Below are positions 14,645 to 28,029 of a DNA stretch of 64,000 nt, piece by piece. The translations under genes were made by a program, and so were the position numbers. Within the stretch, counting starts at the first letter, position 1; each line of letters begins with the position of its first letter. Under the pieces are notes generated by a model. That model saw nothing but the letters and a program-made list of their open reading frames with translations. It had not been told where the DNA came from and did not search any database. Source of the stretch: Lama glama (lineage: Eukaryota); the NCBI GenBank assembly GCA_028534125.1, contig CM052818.1, positions 9,054,001 through 9,118,000 on the forward strand. Direction: 5' to 3'.

Positions 14645-14749
14645 TTTTTAAAAAATTTTTTTATTGAAGTACAGTTACAGTGTGTCAATTTCTGGTGTAC
14701 AGCACAATGTCCCAAGTCAAGCATACACATACATATATTTTCATATATG
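14645..14749 (-). mobile_element. Short 5'-truncated young L1 3' tail
   Basis: Flanked by the TSD AATTTGATTCTT (14633-14644 and 14750-14761). Confidence 0.8.
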
Positions 14750-16734
14750 AATTTGATTCTTAATCATCTTCCTCCAAACAGATGTCTACCCCCATCTTAA
14801 CCTTCTCCCAGGTAATATACAATCTTTGGCCAGATGTCTATATAGGGCCTTTTAAAGTAATTACAATTTACAGTATCTCTGGAATTACTCCACATTTGCT
14901 TATTTTAACCGAATTCAAGTTGCATAAAATAGCAAAAAGGGAAAAAAAATCACAAACTTTTATAAGATAATAAAATAGCCACAAAGCCATAAAAATAGGA
15001 GGGAAGCAGAACCTAAAAAACCAGACTAAGAATTTAAGATTCTGTCTTCAGAGCAAGTCTACAGAATACTTCCTGCATTGGCCCAGATTCCTTCAAAAAA
15101 TAAGCCCATGTCATTGTTAAACGCCAAAAGTCACCAAGTTTTCTAATGCCATAATATGAAGCATTATAAATTAAGACCTGTTCATTTTTTGTATTAAAAA
15201 GACTACAAACCAAATCACTACCTTCTACATTTCTTGTGCAGTCTATTATATAGTAAAATGATAACAAGTATAATACTCAAGTCCAAAACACTATGCAGAA
15301 CACATCATAAGAAAAAAAATCATCAAGTTAAATAAGGGTTCAAAAAAACTAATTTTCCAGTTTGCATCTACATAATGAAGAAAACACAGTAAATCTATAA
15401 AAGAAATAAAGGAACTTGTAGCAATGCCAGTTTTGGACTTGAGATCTTCCTAGAGATCAAGATGAAAAAAATTCATGCAAAACAGGGAGGTAAAGAAAGG
15501 TAAAGCAAAAATCATCAATCATCCCTCCCCCACAAAATAAGGCTGGATTGATTTAATTCTAGAAACAATGACCAACAGAATGTATTTACATACACTCCAA
15601 TACTTCTGTAAATGGCAAAACTCAAGAATTTAACACATTTTAAAAGATTACAAGTACGTATTTCAAGCATTATAATTAAAGATAGAAAATATAGCTCTGA
15701 GTAAACCCAGAATTTTCTCCAGTAAAAATCTTTCAGGCTTAGGATCCCCTCTATTCTTGGGAGAATCAAACAATGATTTGGATCTGTTGTTAAGCGGCCA
15801 TTTATGCCACAAGGAGAACACCTATTGTTCAGGATGCTTCCAAAGTACACTCTGCAGTAGAAGCTCACGGTTACTAACTGCTCTTCATTCTGCCAAGTTA
15901 CTTCTACACAGTAACTTATTTATCTTCTATGTTCTTCCCGTTTGGGTAGGACTTCTATCTCTGACAGCAAGGGGAAAAAAAAAAACCCATGATGAAGTAC
16001 AATAAAAGTTTCCCCCTATTAAACACTCCAAGCAACACATTAGCCTTTAACTTCATGAAGAAAGAATTTAGCCTTTTCTAAAAGAACATTCTGTGGCCAG
16101 CTCAGGGACGTAAGTGTGGGAAAGTCTCCAGAAGCAATTACAAAGTAAAAAAAAAACAAAAAAAAAAAACCAAAAAAACCCCATTCTTCCCTTCCTCCTG
16201 ACAGACCATAAAGCCTTCTCTTGGGAAACAGCACATGATTAGTGCAGTATCCAATTTGAGTGCCTAAATTAATATTTATGTTAAAAAAAATAGTTCAAGA
16301 ATCAGAAGTGCTTAGAGGTCATCTTTTACAATGAGAGCCCCAGTACCAGCTGAAGTTCACAGGTCTGCAATAGGAGACAAAGTCCTGGTCCTGTGGAAAT
16401 ATAAATGACTTCATAATAAAGGGAAAATAAGAATGAGAGAAAAGATAAAGAAAAATACTGCACCAGCTGTACTAGTTAATAAGGCCATTAAAGAACTATT
16501 GGATAGGCTGTAAAATGTATGATGAGAGATAACAGGGTTATAATACTTGAGAAGAATAAATCGTTCTCAGCTTCAAAGTGGAACATCTCAGTTATAAAGG
16601 CTCTTAAAAGAAAGACAACTCAGGAAACGGTTTCCTACCTCCAATCTATTTGTCAGGACAAAACAGAGCCCAATGAAACCATATAAAAACGTATAAAGTC
16701 AACTTGTCTGAGATCAAAAATGATTCTCATACAA

Positions 16735-17090
16735 CCTTATTATATTACTCAGCCTTAAAAAAGAAAGAAATATGGCAATATACAACAACATGGATGAAAC
16801 TTCAGGATGTTAAGTGAAATAAGCCAGTCAATGAAAGACAAATATTGCGTGATTCCACTTATATGAGGAATCTAAAACAGTCAAACTCATAGCCGAATCA
16901 AAGAATGGAAAGGTGGTGCCAGGGGCTGGGGGAAGGGGAAAGAGTTAAGAATCAACGGGTATAAAGTTTGAGTTAAGCAAGATGAATAAGCTCTAGAGAT
17001 CTGCTATACAACATTGTACTTAGAGTCAGCAACATTATACTGTATACTTAAAATTTTGTTTTCTTACCATAATAAAATAAAATCTGAAAT
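16735..17090 (+). mobile_element. L1MA/MB 3' end
   Basis: attactcagccttaaaaaagaa...gtgaaataagccagtca...; A-rich tail. Confidence 0.8.
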
Positions 17091-17271
17091 AAATAAGAAG
17101 GATTCTCTGTTTATGGAAGAGACGTAATGAGAAAATAAAAATAATGGTTACATTTTAAGGATAAAATGTATACTCTATCCATAATAAGGCAAAAACTGGA
17201 AACTTCTCAAATCTCCACGAACAGTAGAATGGATAAGCACATTGTGATACATTCTAACACTGGTGTATTCA

Positions 17272-17549
17272 GCAGGAGTTGGCAAATTTTTCCTGTAAAG
17301 GGCAGACGGTAAATATTTTAGGCTTTGGCAATAATCCCTGTTGCAACTGCTTAACTCTACTCTTATAGAGTGAAAGCAAACATATACTTTACCGTGGACA
17401 GTGAAATTTGAATTTCATATAATTTTCATGCGTCACAAAAAATTCTTTTTTTAAAACCATTTATAAATAGAAACTATTCTTAGTTCACTTGCCGTACAAA
17501 AATAGGGTAGAGGGCCAGATTAAGCCTGTGGGGCATGCAGCTGACCCTG
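17272..17549. mobile_element. hAT-Charlie MER58-like element nested in an older L1ME fragment (~17170-17910)
   Basis: caggagttggcaaattt...gaccctg termini; L1 3' sequence on both sides. Confidence 0.75.
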
Positions 17550-18858
17550 CTCTACAGCAGTAAGAATGATCTACAACTATATGCAATACTGGACCTCATA
17601 AATAATATCGAGTGAAAAAAGCCAGACACAAGAGTATGTACTGTAAGAAACCATTTATAAACAAAGTTCGCAAACAGGAAAAACTAAACTATGGTATTAG
17701 AAGTTAGGAAAGTGGTTCCCTTGGAGGGAGGAGCCTAGTGATCAGAAGAGAGCATAAGGAGGGCTCTGGAGTGGCAGTGTTTGGTTTCCTGTTCAGGGCG
17801 CTTGTTAAATGGGTATGTTCACTTTGTGAAAATTCATTAAGCTGCACACGTGTTAGCTGTGCACTTCTCTGCATGTATGTTACATTCGATATAACAAGTT
17901 TTTAAAAATAAAATGTAAGTGTTCCTTCTAGGAAATTAGCTGAAAAGCCATAAAAGATATAAAGACTCACTGACGATAGGAACAGATAAAAGGAATCTAA
18001 AGAAAAGTAAATCTGATGTATGATACATATGTAGAAGTAGAATCCTCAGTGTGGAATCCTCAATAGAAAAATTAAGTCACTGTAAATCTCTACACCAAGA
18101 AATTTATTATATACCAAGAAAACCTGGATGGTAAAAAAATACACTAGGAGATTCTGTCCTAAACATCAAATTTATATAAAATTAATATGTTAACATCTAT
18201 CACCTTGATTATAAGTAAAATCTAGTGGTTTTCTTATAATAAAATCAAAGATACTAATAATTTAACATTCATTATCCTAGGAAAATGTCTGTCATTGATT
18301 TTAAGGGATCAGAAAAGATTATTAGAGGTGAAGGGAAGGAAATATGTAAAAAAAGAATACATTTTTTGCCATCATTCCTTTATGCACATATTCTTGTTTC
18401 CTGTCAAGATAACCCAGTCCCCCTTGAATGTAAGGTCCAGGAGGCAGGAAAATTGTCAGTTTGCTTCAATGATATTTCCAGTCCCAGGTATAGGCCCCGG
18501 CATATAGCGGGTACTCAATAAATGTTCATTTGAATAAACAAACACTTTTTAAATAACAAACACTTTTTAAATAAGTTATAAATGATTTGCAAATGATTTA
18601 TTTCTTAAGAAACATATTTCCGAAAAACATAATGGAAATTTAAGGTAGTTTCTTTGTTTAGAAATAGGTCTCCAGAAAATTGTGGAAGAGACCAGATGTC
18701 ATGACAAAGAATATCTTTCAGAGATAATCCCATACTGGCATATAAAGACATCAAATTCAATCATATATAAAGCACACATAACACAACCCATACCAAAATT
18801 TCTACAACTTAGTATATGACTTTTTAAAAAAGGAACTCATTGAAACATAAATCTTTAT

Positions 18859-19392
18859 ATATTTTTAAGTTTTTTTTTAATTGAAGTATAGTCAATTTAC
18901 AATATTGTGTCAATTTCTGGTGTATAGCATAATAGTTCAATCATACATATACATACATATATTCATTTTCATAATCTTTTTCATTATAGGTTACAAGATA
19001 TTGAATATAGTTCCCTGTGCTATACAGTATAAATTTGTTGTTTATTTTATATATAGTACTTAGTATCTGCAAATCTCGAACTCCCAATTTATCCTTTCCC
19101 ACTCCCTTCACCCCCTTGGTAACCATTAGTTTGTTTTCTATGTCTGTGAGTCTGTTTCTGTTTTGTAAATAAGTTCATTTGCCTTTTTTTTTTTTTCAGG
19201 TTCCACATATAAGTGATATCATATGGTATTTTTCTTTCTCTTTCTGGCTTACTTAGAATGACATTCTCCAAGTCCATCCTAGTTGCTGCAACTGGCATTA
19301 TTTTATTCTTCTTTATGCCTGAGTGGTAGTTCATTGTATAAACATACCACAACTTCTTTATCCAGTCATCTATTGATGGACATTTAGGTTGA
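18859..19392 (-). mobile_element. Young 5'-truncated L1 3' end
   Basis: ORF 19089-19352(-) resembles the L1 ORF2 C-terminus; 17-bp TSD GAAACATAAAT(C/T)TTTAT at 18842-18858 and 19393-19409. Confidence 0.9.
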
Positions 19393-19676
19393 GAAACATA
19401 AATTTTTATTAAAGATGAACCATAATGGAAGTCAAAATTTATAAAAATTACATTCTAAGTTACAACAAAGCCAAAAAATACAGGGTTTTTTTATTAGGGC
19501 AAAAAAACTTAGACTTTTCATATTTCTGTAATCTATAAGAATTATAAATAAGGATCCACTCCAGCAGAACACATCATTTAAATCTTTCTTATGGCATTTA
19601 CCATATAATACAGGATTCTTTAAGACACAGACTGTGACATTCACCTTTGTATAGCATATTAGGGACTCAGTAAATA

Positions 19677-19803
19677 CAGCTGTCTCTCAGTGTCCACAGG
19701 GACACCAAAATCACAGATGCTCAAATCTCTAATATGAAATGACACAGTATAGCTTCCCTCTGTATCTTCAGATGTGGAAGCTGTGAATAAGCATGACCGA
19801 CTG
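19677..19803. mobile_element. TcMar-Tigger MER2-like non-autonomous element
   Basis: TA|CAG...CTG|TA termini. Confidence 0.65.
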
Positions 19804-21370
19804 TATTTCATGTCAATCAAAGATAGAAATTTTCTTTAAAATCTTCCTACCCAGGAACTCCTTCAACCCAAGTTAATTTTCTAGACCTAGAAATAGTTGC
19901 TTTGAGAAAAGGAGAGTCAAAAATAGATCTTTAGTTAATATGGATTTTGCTCGCAACTAAGAAAGAAAGAAAGAAAGAAACTTACAGAACACCTCATTAC
20001 AGGTCATTTGAGCCTACTAAAATATTCTGCAAACTCTAGCTGATAATCTGCAGTTGCCGCTTTATCATGTGATGTCCAAAGATATAAAAAAGTAACATCT
20101 TATAAAATAGTTGTTTGCCAATCTTTCAAAGAAGGAGGAATGTATAAGTTAACTAAATTCTCAAAAATGATCAATGAAATTAGCAAAATTTAGTTACACA
20201 AAAACTAGAGCTCTATAGCAAAAGAAATCTGTTTATAGAGCTTTAAATTTTCCAGAAAATGGTATTTCTAAATTCAAAATATCAAACCAAATATTTAGAC
20301 TTCTTTTTGGATAAGAAATTCTTATTGCTGAGCAGCCAACCTTGTTTTCTGAACTAGAACATTCAAGAGAAAGAATATTTTAAACATTATGTTGCTTCCA
20401 GCATATTTTATCAGTGTATTAGCAAGCCAGTATGCTACTGCCACCTAAAGTAGAAAAAGGGAATTACGGCTTATAGTTAAGACAAAAAAAGACAAATGAA
20501 TCCTGAAAATAGGTCAAGTGTTTTCAGTCTCTCCTATTCACGTCTCCTGATCTAAACATTTTAAAGCAAGATATTTTGCATCCACTTTTTATACTCAAGT
20601 TAATTTATTACCACTTAATATTTGCTGTCCAAAATGTATATGGATGAAGTTCATTCTTAAATTGACTCAAGTATCAAAGATACTGCTTTACACGTTTTTC
20701 TTCATTTGTAAAGAGAGGCCAATAATAGATTAAAAAATATCATATACAGTAAAATCTTTCTACATCATACAATAAATCCAAAAACTCTACTGCAGAAGGA
20801 AGAAAGCTCAATATTTAAAAGCATTCTGGCTTTTTCACAAGAATGAGGCACTGTATACATGCCACAAGATAAATTTCAATACCATTCTTTGACAACAAAA
20901 AAAAATCACTAATGGGCAGTCAGCTCAAGTCATTCAGTAAATTTGTTACCAAGTGCACTTTTAAGCCTCTGTTTTTACTATAAACGCTTTCCACAAAATT
21001 TTCCAGGTTATTGGAAACTAGAACCAAATTGCGCTTTTAAAATAAAACATACCAATAATAAAATGCACACCCATACACACCATAGTATGCAAAACATTAA
21101 ACTACTAGAATATTAAAAAATTAAGTGGGGTATCCTTCCACAGAATTGAACCTCTTTTATTTACATCAAACCTCAAAACAGGCCAGCAATATAATGTTTA
21201 TCAAAAGCCTCTACAAAAAGCTCTCACCAGTGCTGAGTACAAATGTATTAAATTCCTGATACTGAAGAGTAGTGAAAAAAAAAATCAGAGTCAAATTTAA
21301 AAGCCAAATGCAAAGAATTATGCATTGTATGCTCCCCCTTGTGTTTTAAAAAAAGAAGAGAGACTGCTGA

Positions 21371-21845
21371 TGATGGGTTCAGGACATGTAACCCCAAAAT
21401 ATGGCACCTTGGCATAATGAATACCTTAAGGAGAAGGAATCTGAGAAAAGGCAGGGCAGGAAGGTCCCTGACCTTCCTCCACCCTTTCCCCCTAAAACAG
21501 GTCATAAAACCCACATATGAGAGGTGCCTCCCTATACCTAGAGGAATGGAGCATCAATCCTCATCTCTAAAGACAGAGGAATTCCAAGAAGAACCCTTAG
21601 GCCTTGCTAAATTTCCCTCAGTTTACTCAATTACTCCATTTTCTTAACCTATCATATTCCTCCATGACTGTCCACTCTTCATCATAAAATACTCAGGTCT
21701 AACTTTCTTTGGGTCTTCATTTCCTTATGAAGGCTCCCATGTCACATAAAGTTGATATTAAATAAATGTATACACTTTTCTCCTATTAATCTGTCTTTGT
21801 CAGTTTAATTTTCAGACCCGGCCAGGAACCTGTTCCTCTCCTACA
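21371..21845 (+). mobile_element. Solo ERV1 LTR (MER39/MER34-like)
   Basis: TG...CA ends; accccaaaatatggcaccttggcat; AATAAA at ~21761; 4-bp TSD ctga/ctgg. Confidence 0.8.
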
Positions 21846-21869
21846 CTGGCTAAACACAGCATATTGTTC

Positions 21870-22390
21870 ATGTTAAAAGAAAACTCTTGGAAAGTAAAAT
21901 GTGACCTAGTGAAAAATTCAATTAAAAGGCTAAAGATAAAGTTGAGGAAATCTACCAAAATGCAGAAGAAACAAGGAAACGGAAAATAAAAGCAAATTTG
22001 AAAAATCAGAATACTAGAAAGAGAACAGAGGAAAAAAAGAGACAAGAAAATAATCAAAGTAGTAATACAACTTTTCCCAGAGCTAAAGGTCATTAAGTCT
22101 CCAAAATAAAAGGGCACACAGTGGACCAAATAATGAAATGAAAGAAAATCATACATTACTGACATTTAAGGAAATAAAGGATAAAGAGAAAATCCTAACA
22201 GCTTCCAGAGAGAAAAACACAGGTCACATTCAATGAAACAATAATTGTGACTCAATTATTTCACAACCTAGAAACATCTCCTCAAACTAGCAATTAAATG
22301 TGAGACTACAATAGACATTTTTTATGACTTTAAAAAAATTACCTCTCATACAGCCTTTGTTACGGAACTACTTGAGAACATGTGTCAGGA
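21870..22390 (+). mobile_element. Old L1 ORF1-region fragment
   Basis: A-rich; ggataaagagaaaatcctaacagcttccagagagaaaa motif. Confidence 0.65.
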
Positions 22391-24384
22391 TCTGAGAAGA
22401 GGCACAGTAAGTAAGATGAACCCCAGGGAGAAGATGGAGCTTGGTCTGGTCATGATGCTCTGACAGCCAAAATGGCCCCAAAGATGGAGCCAAGAAACTT
22501 AAAATAGGGTCCCAGAGCAGCCAAATCTTCATCCAGGAAAGACATTATCATGACTTTAGTCAGCCACGTTCATGAGAAACCTCTATCGTAGGACCAGGAA
22601 TAGACAACCAGGAGAAGTCAGTTCTATACTATTTCTATCTTTTCCTTTTAGTCCACTACATTTCAAAAGAAGGACTCCCCCTCACCCCTTTTTCTCTTTG
22701 TTCATGTTGTAGAGTGGGCTAGGAACTACTCTAAACTTCCTATAGTTTACTTAAGTTGGCACAAAGTACTCTGTGACCGCCTTTTCAAAATACCTGTAAC
22801 CATTAGCTTAATGTCTATATTCTCCAGGAACTACATGACCCTCAGAGCAGGGACTAAACAGTGATGTTTACTGCTGTATCCCAAGCACAGTGCATAGTAT
22901 ATAATTAAGATGCCTAGGAAAGTCAGGTGGTAACCACACTGGGCGCCCCCTCTCATCTCTCAGAGGCCACCGAGTCCCATAAAGTGTAAATGTGTTGAAA
23001 TCTCTTGCTGGCCAATGACCAACTCTCTCCAAGCTGAGTTTTCTTCATTGTTATACAGGCCTAAGCATCTGTATATTGTTTTTTATTTTAATTTTTAGGA
23101 GTCAGGTGGAGTAAATGGAGAATATCTTCAATTAGTACCTCTAACAGAATTTCAATTATTTTTTCATACATGCTGCTTAATGAAGATGCAGTTACTGTCC
23201 ATCATGGGCTAACCACTTCTTGAGGTTCTGCAGGACGTGTGAAAATGACAACCAAGATGTACTGAAAATTCTACTACACTAGAGAAGAGCAATAACCCAT
23301 TTACTAGGTGATCTTCCTGTCATGGAAGCTTCTTGCCAGCTCTAATTTTCAATGAATACATTAAACACAATGGTGAAAATACCAATTTTTAAAAATCTAC
23401 TCTCCATTAAAAACTGTTTGTCTAATATGAAACTTAAGTGAGGAAATACAACATCATCACCAACAGAGGGCAGTAGTGAATACAGAATCTAAGTGTACAA
23501 AATGTGATCTAGCTTCATAGTTAAGACCTTTCTTAAGGATTCTAATAAGCTAGAATTAAGGAGCATACTTGCAAGGTTATCAGCATAAGCAAGAATTAGA
23601 GAGTATGCAAACGCAAATATATGAGAAGTTGAAATTACAAATGAGAGCAAAGAAATTAGATCAAAATGGCAGGGTATTTATATGGGATGTCATATAGGAC
23701 TTCCCTAACTAAACACACCCCTTTCAATTCACTGATTTCACTGCTTCTTGAAAGCTACCAAAAACTAAAACTGAAGCAAGTAGACAGTCGGCTTCATGCA
23801 TCTGCAAGCAGATGAAAGATGTGCCCTTTTACGACCAACAGGCAGAGCTTGAGAAATCAGTGTCCCAGCCAAGTAGGGTAAGAAAGCTCCATTTCAAGTG
23901 GAAAACAGGGACCAGTACAAATGTGAACAATCAGTACACTACACCTGGGCACACAACATCAAGGCTAGAGGGAAGGGCTACAGCTCAGGAGGACCTGAAC
24001 TTGAAATATAGCCTATGGATGAATAAATGCCGGCAGCTGACAATTAAGGAGACTATTAACTGTGTACCCACTACCTAACCCCTGATGGGCGTTACACATC
24101 CCTTCCTTCCTTTCCTCCTACCCCAGTTGTCCCTCTTCATTTTCACTCTCTTTACAGAACTTTATGTTCTATATATGATTCAAAGGTATGGTCACTAAAT
24201 GAAAACTGAGATACTACTCCATTTTTATCCTCTGCTTAAACTCCTGCCATTTTTTCTTTAGTATTTTTCCTCACTGCTTTACTTCTAGCCTGCATATTGA
24301 ATTCAAGATTGTTGAGACTCCACAGACAAAAGAAAAAAACTGTTTTGACCTCTGCTGTCACCAACATGTAAAAATGTACACCCT

Positions 24385-25140
24385 GCCCACTTCATACTCA
24401 TTAGTATGGCTACTATTAAAAAAAAAACACAAAATAACAGGTGTTGACAAGGATGTGAAGAAACTGGAACCCTTGTGCACTGCTGGTGGGAATGTAAAAT
24501 GACACAGCTGCTTCTGAAAACAGGATAGCAGTTCCTCAAAAAATTACAAATAGAATTAACATATGATCCAGCAATTCCACTTCTGGGTATATACACAAAA
24601 GAACTGAAAGTATGGTCTCAAAGAGGTATTTATACACCCATGTTCATAGCAGCATTATTCACAATAGCTAAAACATGGAAGCAACCTAAGTGTCCACTGA
24701 CAGATGAATGGAAAGCAAAATGTGGTATATACAGAATGGACTATTACTCAGCCTTAAAAAGGAATTTCTGGCATAAACCACAATTCGGATGAAGCTTCAA
24801 GACATTATGCTGAATAATATAAGCCAGTCACAAAAAAGGCAAATACTGTATGATTCCACTTACATGAGATACTTAGAGTAGTCAAAATCATAGAGACAGA
24901 AAGTTAAATGGTGGTTGCCGGGGGCTGGCAGGGGGCAGAAGGGGTGGTTATGGGGAGTTACTATTTAATGGGTATACAGTTTCAGTTCTACAAGCTGACA
25001 ACAGTTATAGACACAGATGGTTGTGATGGATGCACATTAAGAACATATTTAATACCAATGAACTCTATACTTAAAAATGGTTAAGATGATAAATCTTACG
25101 TTTTGTGTATTTTACTAAAATTTTTAAATTGAAGGGAAAA
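24385..25140 (+). mobile_element. L1MA/MB 3' end
   Basis: ORF2 terminus plus 3' UTR (gatccagcaattccacttctgggtatatac). Confidence 0.9.
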
Positions 25141-26483
25141 AAATAACTACCCTGCTAAAAAATTAGGAATAAAGGTTAGTAGGAATAAAGGAGTAAAAAG
25201 TTGTTTCACTTTTTATTGGGTACTGCCATACATTAATTGATCAAATTGGACTATTCACCATTTCTTGAACCTGTCTACATTTTCCTGCTCCATCCCAGCT
25301 ATTTTCTTAGCCTAAATGTCCTATGTGGCTGCCCCTCATTTCAGTCTAAAATTTTCTACACTTCATTCAAGAGCAACAAAAGATGCTCCAAGAAATTTGC
25401 CAAAAATACCTCTTTTCTGTCCACAGTAGTCCACTCAGACCTCTGTTTCCAAATACTCTGGCATCCTTTTACCAATGCTTATTTGTGTATGTTCTCTTTT
25501 ATTGCAGATGGACATTCCACCACTGCTCAAAGCCTTTTTGTTTAAAAATCATGTTTGCTTTTTTTATGTTTTCATAATAATTAGATGTTTTATCCCTCGG
25601 TGCTGCTTATAATGTAAATGAAGACTGGAACTAGATGTCATATTGGGCCCATAGTTTCAGCCCTTAAGTCAAAACAATCAAAGGCTCTCTCCCTTGGTAC
25701 CTCAGAGCAATCAGCTGCACAGAGGCAGTGCTGCAAGGCACAGGGAAATCTGTTCCACTCCAATATCAAGAGAAACATGCTACTCAGAGTCCACTCAGAA
25801 AATTGAACTGTTCCAACTTCAGGCAGAGGACTGAGAGCAGTGAGAGTAAGACCTAAATATTATTCAGCAATGTATTTTAAAGAAAATAAGGGAAAGAGTT
25901 TTCAATACAATCTCTTCTCTCAGTATCCTGCAATTTCTATCTCATAAAAAAACAAGAGTCAAAATATGGCCTACCAAGAAGGAGCCCCTGATATTTAGAG
26001 ATCCTAAAACACTGCCTATACAAGTGCTGTTCTTACTTTTTGGCCTTCATCCCTTATCCTCATCCCCCATAGGCCTAGCAACCACTTCAGAAACCCAGAT
26101 AAGATGTCAAATTCTCTAGGAAACCTTTTCTGAACCCTTGAAGAGTAAGCTTTGATAGAAATAGAAGGCATTCACCAGCGATTTATGATACCAACTAAAA
26201 CTACTTAGAATGTCTAGAATCACATGAGATATTACCTCTTACATTTCTGAGACAATCTTTATTTGTGTGAAATAACTATCTATTTAGCCTCCCTGAGCAT
26301 GTTTCCTAGTTTTAAACTGGGTGTCCGCCACAAAAGGTTTTTTGCAAGAAACAAATGAAAATGTAAAATGTCTAATCGAGTTCTTAATACAGAGAAGGCC
26401 CACAAAAATAGATAATTTTTACAGATTATCTCTCCAGTATACTTCATTATTAGATTCGGTATTATGACTAGTTCTCCTCTCAA

Positions 26484-26799
26484 CCAGTGCGGTTCAATTT
26501 GGTAGCCATTAGCCACATATGACTATTGAGCACTTGAAATGTGCCTAGTCCAAACTGACATGTGCTTTAAGTGTAAAATACACCTCAGATTTCAAAGACT
26601 TGGTAAAAAAAAATTATATAAAGGATCTTATTAATATTTTGTATATTGATCACATGTGAAGAGATAACACTGTGGATAGATTGGGTTAAATAAAGCATTA
26701 AAATTTATTTCAGCTTTTTCTTTTTACTTTTCTAATGTGGCTACTAGAAAATGTAAAATTATACGTTTGGCTCTCTCATTACATTTCTATTCTACAGGC
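26484..26799. mobile_element. hAT-Charlie MER33-like element
   Basis: tagccattagccacatatgactattgagcacttgaaatgtg motif. Confidence 0.8.
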
Positions 26800-26959
26800 T
26801 GAGCCACGCTTTACTTCAAGCCGGTGAACGTGCTCTTTACCATACAGTGGATTGCTTGACAGGGGTTCACTCTGGCTAATCCTGCTCACTTTAACACTCC
26901 TATTAAACACGTCTACAACCCGGGAAAGCTGATGGCTTGATCAGTCTTAATGTTAAAAA

Positions 26960-27600
26960 GTACTGAGCGTACAGATCCGCCCAGAGAACGCGAAATTGTT
27001 ATCCACACAACAATAGAGAAGTGTCTGGAGAAAAAAACCCCCAGTCCTCCCCCGTGGCTGTCGGTCAGCACTGCTGGGGGTAAGCCCTAAGAAAGTGACA
27101 GAGCGAGCGCCCGGGATCTGAAGGGGCGTGATGTGGAGCCTCTAGAGCAGAGGTCTGAGGAGGGAAGCATTTCAGCTTCTTGGGGGGATGCGTCTGAGGG
27201 CGGCAGGGAAGAGACTGGGCTCCGCAGCCCAGGCGGCGGGGAAGAGCGGTACCTTAAGAATCCCCCTCATCTTCGCCAAAAAGGGGCGGAACTCCTCAGG
27301 CGGCACCTCCGGATAGAGCTGGCTCCGCAGCAGCTCCTCGGTGATGCCCGGGTGCCCGTGGAAAGCGTCCTGGGCCAGGCCGCTCAGCAGCCCGCTCAGG
27401 GCCTTGGAGCTCTCAAGATCGCCCGCCATGGTCAGCGGAGGCCCCGCCCCCAACAGCTGAGCGCGGCCCCGCCACGGCAGCCGAGAGGAGCCTAAACAGC
27501 TAGGCAAAAGCGCTCGAGTTCCTGCAGGGGTCGGTGTTCGTAGCTCCCAGCTTTGCAAAACCCAAACCTTAGGTTGCCACTGCGGAGCAATCTATCCATT
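26960..27600. promoter_or_regulatory. CpG island / COMMD1 promoter
   Basis: Sharp rise in GC and CpG over COMMD1 exon 1; boundaries approximate. Confidence 0.8.
27253..27429 (-). CDS. COMMD1: COMM domain-containing protein 1, coding exon 1 (59 codons); intron 1 extends beyond position 1
   Basis: Translates MAGDLESSKALSGLLSGLAQDAFHGHPGITEELLRSQLYPEVPPEEFRPFLAKMRGILK, recognisable as the COMMD1/MURR1 N-terminus. Kozak context is ACCATGG, the phase-0 donor is AAG|GTACCG, and it lies in a CpG island. Confidence 0.97.
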
Positions 27601-28029
27601 CAGTTCCAGAAGGCTCACTTTGCTTCCGCAGATCTCCTTCATCACTCTAGGCCGTACTCAAAGGAAAGATCATTTGGTGGAGATCGCTTGAGATGGAGTA
27701 GCATCCATGGAGTGGCAGTTTTAACTTTTGGATCGCTGCTTCTCATCACAAGCTTGGCCAAACCATTATATGAATAGGATCCATCACTCAAATCTGATCT
27801 CTGCCTAATTCTTACCTGTGTTCCTTTTGTCCAAGAAAATTTAACCATACCCTGATAACATGTTTGCTTGGGTTGCTAATGGCCTTTTTATATACATGTG
27901 TCTTGTCTTTTCAGCTAGATTGCCTCCGATCCAATGCTCCTCTCTAAAACAAATATTTTGTTAACACTTTCTTTACTATCCTGAAATGAAGTACGAACAT
28001 AATATAACTTCAATATATTACTTATCCAC

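Noticed and set aside
18535..18575. 18-bp direct duplication aacaaacactttttaaat
   Set aside because: A simple local slippage next to an L2 end with no functional signal.
18941..19352. Short ORFs of 60-87 aa, and the similar one at 24303-24596
   Set aside because: Translations of L1 3'-end remnants.
1..27252. Zrsr1/U2af1-rs1-like imprinted retrogene, as found in mouse Commd1 intron 1
   Set aside because: No long ORF or internal CpG island in this part of the intron; that retrogene is known as rodent-specific.
27133..27495. 120-aa plus-strand ORF antisense to COMMD1 exon 1
   Set aside because: CpG-island shadow ORF with no recognisable homology.
27430..27558. 43-codon in-frame extension upstream of the COMMD1 ATG
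   Set aside because: TTG start in GC-rich DNA. The downstream ATG has strong Kozak context and matches the known N-terminus.
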